This document shows positions 37,936-49,820 of a stretch of DNA of 64,000 nucleotides, piece by piece. The DNA is from Chiloscyllium plagiosum (Eukaryota), in the NCBI RefSeq assembly GCF_004010195.1, contig NC_057719.1, forward strand, positions 55,434,785 to 55,498,784. The letters run 5' to 3'. A model generated the notes under the pieces. That model ran no database searches and was not told the origin of the DNA. It worked only from the letters and a program-made list of their open reading frames with translations. The position numbers were made by a program, and so were the translations under genes. The stretch's first letter is position 1. Each line of letters begins with the position of its first letter.

Positions 37936-39063
37936 GAAAATATTTTACATGCAGACAACCACAGCTCAAGATGCTCCAAGCTGATATCTCAATTTTCATT
38001 TCATCGTATTGGGTTAAATCGCAAGGATTATGATTATAGGAAAGATGGTAGTGCTAAGGGCAATACAAAGAGAAATCCTAAACAAAAATCTACACAGAGG
38101 ACACCTAGACATTCCAAACTGCAGAGCAAAGAGATAACATTTAGTCTGGCGGCCAGGCATTTTGAAAAACATAGAGGATCACATCCTGCTATGTCAAATC
38201 TGCCTCACATACAGCCATGACCCTACAGATTTCGACATGAATTCTGGAAGGCCATGGAACTCTCACTGGATTTCAGTCCAGGTAAACTATTATTCAATAG
38301 TTGCACCACTCTGTTGCACCAGAGTGGTTTGAAGTGAAAGGTTTCATTCAATGACAGTTCATTCTGTGAACATAATATTAAAAGGTAGGCTATATCTTTG
38401 AATAATGGATCCACATAAGCAGAACTCTTAATTGGAAGGAGATTGAAAATGCCTGCACCAGTCTTAGAATACAACTTCAATCCAAACATGAGCTCACAAA
38501 CCACAAGAATGTAAAACAACTGGAGAAAAGCCACAACAAAAAGCAGCAGCAGTGGTACAACTATAGATGCAGGGCAAACATTTTGAGTATTAAAGCCAAG
38601 AAAGAAGTCTGGTAAAGGGACAGAAAGCTAGACGTCATCATGTCCATCAGATCAACTGAGGAGAGTCAGGAAAGCACTGACCTCACTCAAGACAAGAAGT
38701 AAGAATGAGCATCACAGAATATAATACAACCAAATGGACGCAACATCAGATGGTATACAGAGTGGTGCAATTATTCCAGACACTGCAACACCATCACCCC
38801 ATTGTTGTACTCAAGCAAACAAAATCAGGATGTCCAATGAGAGTTCTAAATTGTCTCAACCTGTGAAAATCAGACATTGAGGGGCAGCAGAGAGGTGATA
38901 ACAGCAAAAGCAGACATAATGACAAAATAACAGAAATGGTAAGAGTTATTATTACAATGAGTGCGTAAGTAAGTAAAAGGAAACTATAGGAAAATCATAG
39001 ATCAAGTACAGAGAAGTTCAGTAGCAAAGTTTTTCATTAGCAGCATGGCTGGAAGATCAGAGT

Positions 39064-39214
39064 TGAGAGTGTGTTGCTGGAAAGGCACAGCAGGTCAGTC
39101 TGCATCCAAGGAGCTGGAGAATCTCCTGCTCCTCGGATGCTGCCTGTCCTGCTGTGCTTTTCCAGCAACACATTCTCAACTCTGATCTCCAGCATCTGCA
39201 GGCCTCACTTTCTC
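39064..39214 (+). mobile_element. Penelope-like family A fold-back insertion with apex at the hammerhead cleavage site
   Basis: TSD CTGGAAGATCAGAGT at 39049-39063 and 39215-39229; inverted arm ends GGAGAATC at 39123. Confidence 0.9.
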
Positions 39215-39274
39215 CTGGAAGATCAGAGTGCAGATGCATAACTTCTGCTTCTGGAAGTCACTGTCATGCACAGT

Positions 39275-39428
39275 GAGTCATCGAGATGTACAGCATGGAA
39301 ACAGACCCTTCGGTCCAACTCGTCCCTGCTGACCAGATATCCCAATCTATTCTAGTACCATTTGTCAGCACTTGGCCCATATCCCTCTAAACTCTTCTTA
39401 TTCATATACCCATCCAGGTGCCTTTTAA
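39275..39428 (-). mobile_element. CR1 family 1 3'UTR fragment
   Basis: GAGATGTACAGCATGGAAACAGACCCTTCGGTCC. Confidence 0.85.
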
Positions 39429-40007
39429 AGTCATTGGAGCTTGTCACAGTGGCAAGAAAAATTAGACGAAACATTGCTGGGAGTGTGAGTTAGCGCTGTG
39501 GCGAGATGTGGTATAACGATATTTAAATAAATCATGATGATGTATCTGATCATATGACATCAGTAAAAAAGAATATACCAGTCAAGGAAAAGCATGTGAA
39601 GAGGAAGCTCTTAGACATTACGTTAGAGAACTGAATTTGATACTATAGTCATATGTAGAGATGCAAAATGCAGGAGAGTTATAATCCAAAAGAATTTTGT
39701 GTGGAGATAAAGACAAAGCAGTCCCAGGAACAATGTAAGCAGCCGTCCACAGCCTGAGAGCACAACCAATAGCTCAATGTGCAAGTAGCAGCACTGTCTT
39801 AAAGCACAAAATAAAATATAGATAAGTACATTTAAATCACTACGTAATAACCAGTCAATGCTTTTTGACTATGACATAGGTTCCAAAATACAACAATGAA
39901 CTGTTGTTTCCTAATGTGCAATGCAGGTCTGAGGTTGCTTGACCTGCATGAAAATCCATCCAGTCTTCAGCAATTGTACAACTTGCATATTCTTAGAAGG
40001 ATGGACC

Positions 40008-40020
40008 GTTGCTTAGCAAC
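40008..40020. promoter_or_regulatory. RFX X-box-like palindromic motif
   Basis: GTTGCTTAGCAAC resembles the RFX X-box palindrome GTTGCC(N)RGCAAC; motif match only. Confidence 0.3.
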
Positions 40021-41099
40021 ATGCAGCCACCAACTCAGCCTCTATGACTAAAATGGTTGATCTTCAATTTTTAAAAAAGGTCTGCACTCTGTAGCTACCT
40101 AGATGATTTACTCAATATAGCATAACATAGTTATGAAGAATAAATTACACATTTAAAAATAAATAATTTAAGCAATTAAATATTACCAATAATGTTATCA
40201 ATGATTTTAATAGCCTTGATTCTTCCTCAGACAATAATTTTCCTTACAATGAGTGAGGCACATTAAGAAGTAAAATAATGTTGCCTCACTCTCATTTTAA
40301 CTCCCTTCACTAATTGCACTTTATAGATTGTTTGAAGCAGATCATTAAGGCCGGTGCTAGATGTAGATATGAGTCAGCACAGAAGATATAAAAATGAATT
40401 TATTAACTCCCACAATACATATCCACACTTAGTGATGTGAATATGATGTCTTGTTTAAACATCCATATCTTAGAGCTGCAAATAAGTTATTTACCCAATG
40501 GGGATTTTTTTGAGATGGTTTGGTCCTGAGTGCATGAATGAAGCACGGATCTCTGCAAGTGATCAATAGTAAAGCACGATAACTATACAAACAAAAAATG
40601 CTGAAATCACACAAGAGGCAAGAGAGATGAAATAGGATGGAAGGGAAATAAAATAAAACAATGGTTTCAGAAGACAAAATTTATTTTGGACTTTCAAACA
40701 AAAAAAGCAGCACAATAATAAGCTTCTAACAGTTCTGGGCGTACATGGTGTCATAAAATTTACTGAGATAAATTTTAAAATCACAGTGCGCCGATCTTGC
40801 ATGGAATGCTCTGTAGATTTTGAAAATCTAAGAATGAATCTAAAGTCAAGATAAAAACTGTGTAAACATTGGAAAAGTTAAAAAGATCATATTTATATAT
40901 AATTTCAGTACTTCAAGGTGGCTATGATAGCACTGGGGTTATGTTATTGGACTATTAACTTGAAAGCCTGAACTAATGGAGGGATTTATCTTTCTGTTAT
41001 CCTTCAGGGCTTACTATGTTCAATTCACTAAATTTAATTGTAATTAAATGCCCAAAAGCTGCTAGATTTTCAGATGTCCTTAAGATCTCCTCACTAAGG

Positions 41100-42190
41100 A
41101 TTAAGATGAGATTGCACTTGGAAAAGCATCAAAAATATGGCTGATTCAGCATAGCTTCATCAAAGGGAGGTCATGCCTGACAAATCTGTAAGAGTTCTTT
41201 GAAGAGTTAAAGAGCATATTAGACAAAGGAGATCCAGTGGACATGATTTATTTGAGTTTCTGAAAGGCCTTTGACAAGGTGCAATGCAGGAGGCTGCTAA
41301 ATAACTCCCATGGCATTAGGGGCAAGGTAGTGACATGGATTGAGGATAGGCTAACTGGCAGATGGCAGAGACTGAGGATAAAGAGGTCTTTTTCAGGACT
41401 TCAATTGGTGACTATAGAGTTCCACAGGGGTCAGTATTGGGCCAACAACTATTGAGGTTATACATAAATGAGCTGACCAAAGGAATTGAGGGCATTATTG
41501 GGAAGTTTGCAGATGACACAAAGATGGGGACAAGAACAGGTAGTGTTGTCTAAGTGGGGAGGCTACAGAAAGACTTGGACAGGCTAGGAGAGTGGGTGCA
41601 GAAGTGGAAGATGGAATATGATGTTGAAAAGTATGGTAATGCATCTAATAGGAAGAAGAAAGTCAGGGAAAAGCTTCAGAAATCTGAAGACAAAGGGACT
41701 TGGAAGTCCTAATTACTGAATCTCTTAAGATTAACATGTTAGTTCAGTTGCAGTTAGGAAGGCAATGTTGGTAATTATTTCAAGAGGTCTAGAATACAAG
41801 AGCTCAGACATACCATTGAGGTTGTATAAGGCTTTGGTCAGACTGAATTTGGAATATTGTGAGCAGCTTTGGAACCTAGATCTAAGGAAGCATCTGCTCT
41901 TGTTGGAGGAGATCCAAAGGATCTTTACAAGGATAATCCTGTAGATAAAGGGCTTGTCACATGAGGAGCGGTTGAGGACTCTGGGTCTATACTCAATATA
42001 ATTTAGAAGGATGAGGAGGGAATCTGACTGAAGCTTACAGAGGGTGGTTAATCTGTGGAATTCATTGCCACAGCAGGCTTTGGAGGCCAAATCATTGAGT
42101 ATACTTAAGATGGAGATAAATACATTTGTGTTTGGTAAGGCGCAGACTTGATGGGCCAAATGACCTGATTCTGCTCATATAGCTTATGGT
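41100..42190 (+). mobile_element. Older CR1 LINE (family 3) RT remnant
   Basis: [43 protein letters not shown]. Confidence 0.8.
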
Positions 42191-42359
42191 GTACTACTTT
42201 ACCAATTTCAACCTCTCCTGATGAAGCTGGTATGGCTTCAAAACTGCTTATCCTCTGAAGACAGCAGCATCAGAAACCTGGTCACCCTAGAAAACACAAT
42301 AAATTCATGTGCCGACACAGGAACTGATGTGTTGTCCCTGCATTTCTCCAAAGTAGATA

Positions 42360-43665
42360 GAGCCATAGAGATGTACAGCATGAAAACAGATCCTTCGGTC
42401 CAACCCATCCATGCCGACCAGATAGCCAAACCCAATCTAGTCCCACCTGCCAGCATCCGGCCCATATCCCTCCAAACCCTTTCTATTCATGTACCCATCC
42501 AAATGCCTTTTAAATGTTGCAATTATACTAGCCTCCACCACTTCCTATGGCAGCTCATTCCATACACATACAACCCTCTGTGAGAAAATGTTGCCCCTTA
42601 GGTCTATTTTATATCTTTCCCCTCTCACCTTAAAACTATGTCCTCTAGTTCTGGACTCCCCCACCCCAGGGAAAAGACTTTGTCGATTTACCCTATCCAT
42701 CCCCCTCATAATTTTGTAAACCTCTAGAAGGTCACCTGTCAGCATCCAACGTTCCAGGGAAAACAGCCTCAGCCTGTTCAGTCTCTCCCTGTAGCTCAAA
42801 TCCTGCAGCCCTGGCAATATCCTTGTCAATTTTTTCTGAACCCTTTCAAGTTTCACACCAGAACTGCATGCAATATTCCAACAGTGGCATAACCAATGTT
42901 CTGTAGAGCTACAACATGGCCTCCCAACTCCTGTACTCAATACTCTTACCCTCCAACAACTTGCCCACCACTGGCATCAGGCTCACTGGTCTATAGTTCC
43001 CTAGCTTGTCCTTACCACATTTCTTAAAGAGTGGCACCACGTTAGCCAAACTCCAGTCTTCCAGAACCTCACCTGTGACTATCGATGATACAAATATCTC
43101 AACAAGAGCCCAGCAATCACTTCTCTAGGTTTCCACAGAGTTCTAGGGTACGCCTGATCAGGTCCTGGGGATTTATCCACCTTTATGCATTTCAAGGCAT
43201 CCAGCACGTCCTCCTCTGTAATATGGACATTTTTCAAGACGTCACCATCTATTTCCCTACATTCTATATCTTCCATGTCCTTTTCCACAGTAAATACTGA
43301 TGCAAAATACTCATTTAGTATCTCCCCATCTCCTGTGGCTCCACACGGAGGCCACCTTGCTGATCTTTGAGGGGCTCTATTCTCTCCCTAGTTATTCTTT
43401 TGTCCTTAACATATTTATAAAACCCCTTTGGATTCTTCTTAATTCTACTTGCCAAAGCTATCTCATGTATTTGGCAAATGTAACTTTGCAGATGACATCA
43501 AAATTGGAGGTGTAGTAGACAGCGAAGAAAGTTACCTCAGATTACAACAGGATCTTAATCAGATGGGCCAATGGGCTGAGAAGTGGCAGATGGAGTTTAA
43601 TTTAGATAAATGTGAGGTGCTGCATTTTGGGAAAGCAAATCTTAGCAGGATTTATACACTTAATG
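42360..43665 (-). mobile_element. CR1 family 1 with internal deletion and an inverted terminal segment
   Basis: Minus-strand body 42360-43467; plus-strand FADDIKIGG...YTLNG at about 43485-43669; candidate TSD GTAGATA at 42353-42359 and 43666-43672. Confidence 0.85.
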
Positions 43666-44169
43666 GTAGATAATCCAACAATTAGCAAAGAAGGCAGATT
43701 ATTAGCTACTAGCATAATATGTATTGGCTCATTCACCCTTCCTTTCTTGACCAATATTTCCCGTGGCTGAATGGATTTTGGGATCCAAGAACTGCTGACT
43801 CATTAGGGCGACAGACAGCTTAGCTACAGTAGAGATTACAAAAAGGTGGTACTCATACATTCTCTGAGCACAAAGTCAGCAAGTATTCAAGCCACTCATA
43901 GGAAATACATCTACATTTAAAAGACCGTAAATATTTCTGAAATACTTTGGGCCAAAGGAAATTGTCACAACTGAACTTTATAAAGTCTGCCAGAGATGCC
44001 AGGGAAATGATGAGTTCAATAAATGATACATGGCAACGTTGCAGCAATTTGCTTCTATATATAAATACAAACTTATTCATGACAACCTACTGTTCAGTTC
44101 CCAGGGTATGTCCTACATACATCTGCTCTGATCCGATGTTAAGAAAACCAGAACAATTAAGGAAGTCTT

Positions 44170-44830
44170 TGAAATGTTGCAGTATTTCACTGATTTACGG
44201 AAGTGGTAAAACAAATGGATAGGTTTTTACCCAATTTAGCAGATGTGAAAGAACTGCTATTTCAGTTGCAAACGCAAGACAAGGTTTGGTGCTAATAAAA
44301 TGCCCAACGGATGTTATTTGAAAGAATCAAAGAAATTCAGTATCTGCAGACAATTCCCACCAATTGTTGTCACAGATGCATCATGATTGAAAAAGAACAA
44401 ATGGCTGCAGTTACTAAAAAAAAGATTTCATTTGCTACCCAGGCTTGCAAAAACATGCCAATTATTCAATTCATGAATAAAACTAACCATAAACCTTTAG
44501 TTATTTTATTGAATGTTAACAAATTCATAGAAACACTGACAAAGAACAAAGATTATTTTTGATGTTGATGGGATTTGATGCCACAATGGAATATGTACAA
44601 GGGAAGAAGCAGACAACAACAGAGACATTGTTGCATATTCCAATAGCAAGGCCTGAACAAAGGGATAGAAACTTTTTTTTTCAGACAGAGACCTTTGCTT
44701 CACTAATGACCAAGTATCTAGCAGCAATAAATGAAGGTATAATTAAGATTAGAGATTCATAGAAATCAAATGAAGCATATGGCCCAATCTTTGGATATTT
44801 CATCAAATGATGGTCAGGAAATATTCCAAT
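44170..44830 (+). mobile_element. Ancient Ty3/Gypsy pol remnant (RT connection/RNase H)
   Basis: MDRFLPNLADVKELLFQLQTQDKVWC**NAQRMLFERIKEI; IEKEQMAAV; TNHKPLVILLN; LMGFDATMEYVQGKKQTTTETL. These parallel KFLPNLA...W...Q..AFE.IK, IEKEALA, TDHKPL and YVPGK....ADALS. Confidence 0.8.
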
Positions 44831-46469
44831 CTTGTTCTGAGGCAATATTTTTGAGTAAAAAAGATATCTCAGAGTCATGAACAACATGCTAATTTATCAT
44901 GCAAATCTTGGCTGCAGTCCTCAGACTCCAAATACTGCAGAGGTTACACAAGATTCACTTGAGTATCACAAAGTGTCGTGGCAGTGAGTAAAGTAATGGA
45001 TGGATTTTCCAGGCAGTGACAATCTCATGCAAATTGTCACTCTGTCCCTTTTTTTTCACAAACTGAGAGTGCTCCATAATTTCTGACAAGAAATTCTGAG
45101 TGAGCTCCCTTCAGAAATGCAGAGCAGTATTTCCATTCTAACAGTTTTCTCACAATGCAAAACTATCAGTGGAAGGCAACATATGACCCATTTTACACCC
45201 ATATTCTGGAATTTAAAAGGTACAGACAGCTACGCTGGCAGCTGCTGTCAAATGGTAAGTACATAGTGAAGTGTGACGTTAGGGTGCTAAGAGAATGAAG
45301 GGGTAGGGTGCCAGTGGAATGCTAGCAAAGTACAGATGAGATGGGTTGTTTGCCAGCTGGATAACTGCTGGGGTGTCAGGTTGCAAGGAGGCAAGGGGCT
45401 AGGTATGTGACATTGTGTTTGGAGTAGGTAGAGGTGGATGAACGAAATTGGGTCCAGTAGGGTACAGGAGTATGGGGTGTAAGGTTGAGTTGGGGTGAAG
45501 GAAGAACATAGGTAGGTCTGGTTTGGTGCCGGGTAAAGGCAGTTGGGTACCTAGAATGTCAGGTCAATGTCTGAATGAGGTGTTGATGGGAAGTAAGTTT
45601 GGGGTCAGTTGAATAGTTGCTCAGAAGTTAGACAATGTATTTTATGGTCCAACTTTACATGATAAACCATTTACTTAACTTGATTTGATTTATTATTGTC
45701 ACATTACAGAGATACACCGAAAAATATTGTATAGTATGCTATCTAGACAAATTATACCTTACAAACATGTTTCATTCCATCTCACTCCACAGTGGCCTGG
45801 CTTCATGCAAGCTTTTGATGGGAAATAGGCCACAAACTCAATGCCCTACCCCACTCCACATATTCATACCATTTTTCACAACAACATACTTGGATAACGT
45901 GAGGGAGAGGTAGTCAAGTACTATTCCTATCAAAAGTGGAATCAGAATAATTGCCACAGTGCACACAATTCCAAACTACCCTGGGCAGTCAGTACAGATT
46001 CATGGATCTAAACTTAAAGATACATACTTGAGAGAGCATTGCATTCGTGATTCAGTCTTTTAGAGGCAGAAAGTAGGATAGTGTGAAAAAAAACAGGAGT
46101 ATGTTAGTTTTCAAATGGAGATAATCTTCTAATGTATTGGCCTGGTGTATTCAGACAACATTTGTTCTGTTCAGCATATTCTCAATCTCATCTGAGAGAG
46201 CCATGAAAACAAGTATACTAGTGACACTGCTACAACTATTGTCTGTGAAACAGGGAGAAGATGTAGAACAAGATTATGTAAATGTTAAGATGTATTGCAA
46301 TGAGCAAAACCAGAGACTTCAGGGTGATGTAAAGAGTTTATACAAATGTCTAAATGACATACTTTACATCATCATTCGGCAGCGATGCAAAATCAGATGA
46401 CAATTAGAATATGTTTCCCTCTATTGGCCCAGTGGTAGAGATAAAGTCTTGATCTATATAATATTCTAG

Positions 46470-47226
46470 CAAGTTTTGAGAATATTTGTAGCTCAGGTTG
46501 AGGTTCTGGATGTAAGTTTGCTCACTGAGCTGGAAGGTTCGTTTTCAGACATTTAGTCACTATACTAGGTAACATCTTCAGTGAGCCTCCGGTGAAACAC
46601 TGGTGGTATGGCCCGTTTTTTATTTATGCGTTTAGGTTTCCTTGAGTTGGTGATGTAATTTACTGTGGTGATGTAATTTCCTGTTCTTTTTCTCAGGGAG
46701 TGGCAAATTGAATCCAAATCCAAGCCAATGTATATACAAGCAAAGCAAAATATCATTTATTTGTCATATATCATTTATCAAATACAAAATACCTTGCAAA
46801 AACTGTAACAAACACTACATTGGACAAACAGGCAGAAAACTAGCCACCAGAATACATGAACATCAACTTGCCACAAGTGAGAGAGACATGACCCTCTCTC
46901 ACTAGTATCTTTACATACGGATGCAGAAGGACACCACTTTGACTGGGACAACACATCCATCCTAGGACAAGCCAAACAGAGACACACGTGAGAATTCCTA
47001 GAAGTATGGCATTCCAACCGGAACTCTATCAACAAACACATTGACTTGAATCCCATCTCCTGAGAAAAAGAACAGGAAATGACATCACCAACCCAAGGAA
47101 ACCTAAACACCTAAATAAGCCATACCACCAGTGCTTCATCAGAGACTCACTGATGATGTTACCTAGGATGGTGACGAAACATCTGAAAAAGAACCTTCCA
47201 GCTCAGTGAGAAAACTTACATTCAGA
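46470..47226 (+). mobile_element. Penelope-like family C with GIY-YIG and inverted pLTR
   Basis: YKIPCKNCNKHYIGQTGRKLATRIHEHQLA (GIY-YIG); inverted 3' end copy at about 46470-46730, direct copy 46780-47226. Confidence 0.9.
47147..47186 (+). ncRNA. Minimal hammerhead ribozyme (family C)
   Basis: UCA-CUGAUGA-U-GUUACC(UAGGAU)GGUGAC-GAAAC-AUC^UGA; stem I UCA/UGA; GUC to AUC likely by CpG decay. Confidence 0.7.
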
Positions 47227-48259
47227 TTCTATATTTAAGAATACTATATTTAAGTAAAAGGTACTGTTCGCTGATTTATTTCACTACTGGAACCTAGGGA
47301 TTGAGAGGTATTTAACTTGTTATTTAGACTTCAGGCTTTTCTGAGTAGTCTCTAAATAACCTAGAAAGGAAACTCTTAATGACTAGGATAATTATATTTG
47401 GGCAAGGAACAGAAAATATTCAACTTCCATGTTTTGAAAAAAACAACAGTCTGAACAGACTAAACTTCTGAAATATCACTACTGATATTGGTTCTTCCAA
47501 AACATGCCATTGTCCTTAGATTACATGTCTTTTTACAACTTCTGAGTAATAGAAAATTTGCAAGCCTTCTCAAGTTTTCTCAATGTTCTGAATCAGAGTC
47601 TCACAGACATTGCAATAATTTTTAATTCATGCCAGGTTGGTTAAAATATCTACCAATTTATGGAATTCACAACTCATGGATATCAAACTGCCTTCAGCTG
47701 CAATAAAAACACAAATGCTTCAGGCATACTTACTTGCTGCATGTTTGTAACTGCTATTTTGCAATAACAAGCATTCACAAACATATCCTATTTATTGCTG
47801 TTTTTGTACAGTTTATGATTGCATTATTTCATTCTCTATGTACTTGTGTTAATTTACTCTAACTTTGTATTTTATTCTTAATAAGGTCCATCTTGGACTT
47901 CCAGCAGGACCTCATTATATAACCACTGTTTATGGCTGCAACAATTTAAAATATATAATAACCTATTTATTTCTTATAATTAATGCACAACAATAGCAGT
48001 CACATTTATTATTTTATCGACATAATTATAAGTAATGGAGCTTCATTTTAGAAGGCTAATTATGATTTTCTAACATATAATGATATGCATTATTTGCAGT
48101 GTGTATGCTGATACATCTGAATTGAAATATTGCTAATACATATGCATAAACATCGATAGTGCTTTGATCATCCAGATCATGCTATATTCAGTAACTGGCA
48201 ATTGTAATGGAACAGCTTATTTTATTCTAAAATACAGAAATTCTGGGGAAAAAAGTGTA

Positions 48260-48404
48260 CAGAGGGACCTCGATTATCCAAACAATATCGCAAGGTCCTG
48301 ATGCTATGCTAAACTGTGTTATTTGGCATTCGATTATCCCAACATTCAACTATCCAAACAAAATACTCCCCGCCTGTGTCGTTCGGATAATTGAAGTTCC
48401 TCTG
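48260..48404. mobile_element. Tc1/mariner (pogo/Tigger-like) MITE
   Basis: TIRs CAGAGGGACCTCGATTATCCAAAC and GTTCGGATAATTGAAGTTCCTCTG; TA on both sides (48258-48259, 48405-48406). Confidence 0.85.
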
Positions 48405-48634
48405 TAGTTCATTCCCTCTTTTATTAAAGCACATAGTTTTTGGTAAAGAGTAGATCTTCAATAAAAAGAATGAGCAATTGGATGACTTCATGTTATCAAT
48501 GTTTACAGTATACTATGCACAAATACAATATGGGTTGTCGTAAATCAGATGCCCTTTAAGAGCTTGCTAGGAATCTGTAACTAAATGCTCCATCAATGAT
48601 CAGTGTGCCACTCATTACTTTTTTCTACCATCGT

Positions 48635-48925
48635 TGGAGATAAGGGCATTGTTGCCAAGGCTAGCATTTATTGACAATCTCAACACAATCATATGGTTTA
48701 TTTGGCCAGTTCAGAGGGGAGTTAAGAAGAAACAACATTGTTATGATTCTGGAATCACATCTCGGCCATTGGATAAGCTTCCTTCCAGTGTTCCTTTCAT
48801 TTAAAAAATCTGTTTTTACATTAATTTAGCTATTTCATGATCACTATTACAGATATCAGCTTAACTACCGATTAATTCGATGAAGTGAATTTCAACATGT
48901 GAGTTGCCCTGGTCGAATTGTAACC
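48635..48925 (-). mobile_element. tRNA-derived SINE (family of 1143-1472), old
   Basis: GGGCATTGTTGCCAAGGCTAGCATTTATTG is the reverse complement of the shared tail. Confidence 0.5.
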
Positions 48926-48934
48926 CATAGAGTT

Positions 48935-49150
48935 ACCGAGTCATACAGCAGGAAAACACACCCTTTGGTCCAACCAGTGCATATCGAACAAAATCCCAAA
49001 CTAAACTAGTCCCACCTGCCTGCTCCTGACCCAAACCTTTCCTATTCACGTACTTATCCAAATGTCCTTTAAATGTTGTAATTGTACCCACATCCCTGAC
49101 TTCTTCAGAAAGTTCATTCCAAATGCGAACCACCCTCTGTGTAAAACATT
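48935..49150 (-). mobile_element. CR1 3' fragment
   Basis: VRIWNELSEEV..VGTITTFKGHLDKY and 3'UTR. Confidence 0.8.
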
Positions 49151-49478
49151 TACCAGAACACTCAGAGGCAAAGGGGAAGTGAGAGATTGTCAGCAGCCCT
49201 TATTCTTAATGTTATATCCTTCCAATCAGTAACAGAGAGCCTGGCTTTGAGGCATGCCCACCCCAGTCCCAGGAATGCCTCTGACAAATCCAGGAAAGTA
49301 TGGTGGACATCCTTCTGAGGATGCCAGTACATTATAGGACTCCTATTTTATTCCTGAACTACCAGTAAGTAGCTCAATAATGAGTCTCATTGACATCCCA
49401 ATCCTCATGGATCAAAATTCCTGGAATTCCCTCCCCAACAGCATTGAGGCTCAACCTACAGCAGTTGGATTGAAGAAT

Positions 49479-49820
49479 GGGTGGCACAGTGGTTAGCATT
49501 GCAACTTCACAGTGCCAGGGACCTGGGTTCGATTCCAGCATCAGGCGCCTGTCTGTGTGGAGTTTGCACACTCTCCCCGTGTCTGCGTGGGTTTCTTCCG
49601 GGTGCTCCAGTTTCCTCCCACATTCCAAAAGATATGCAGTTTAGGTGAATTGGTCATGCTAGGTTGCCCATGGTGTTCAGGGAAGTCTGGGTTGGGTGCA
49701 TTAGTCAGGGGGAAATGTGGAGTAGTAGGGGAGTGGGTCTGGGTGGGTTGCTCTTTGGAGGGTCTCTGCGGACTTGTTGGGCTGAAGGGCCTGTTTCCAC
49801 ACTGTTGGGATTCTATGAGA
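49479..49820 (+). mobile_element. HE1/V-SINE-like SINE nested in a LINE 3' fragment (about 49410-49900)
   Basis: GGGTGGCACAGTGGTTAGC...GGTTCGATTCC; host resumes at TTCAAGAAGGCAGTTCACCACCACCTTCTC. Confidence 0.85.

Larger units (their letters stand above)
37636..39876 (+). mobile_element. Ancient internally deleted Ty3/Gypsy LTR retrotransposon with two LTRs
   Basis: LTRs at 37636-about 37975 and 39507-39876 align by eye; TG...CA ends; TSD TAGAT/TAGGT; integrase Zn-finger remnant LHRGHLDIPNCRAKR*HLVWRPGILKNIEDHILLCQIC at about 38090-38205. Confidence 0.75.

Noticed and set aside
42216-42286. Extra hammerheads (CTGATGAAGC...CAAAAC; CTGAAGA...GAAACCTGGTC)
   Set aside because: The first lacks GAAA and a stem I; the second has no stem II pairing; neither lies in a recognisable pLTR
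45000-45660. Promoter or first exon (AATG|GTAAGT followed by a G-rich tract)
   Set aside because: More likely part of an old non-autonomous DNA element (similar unclassified blocks near 1760, 14135, 36770 and 57895); ends could not be defined
49479-49540. tRNA gene
   Set aside because: A/B boxes belong to SINE heads followed by a SINE body and LINE-like tail; no complete cloverleaf was seen
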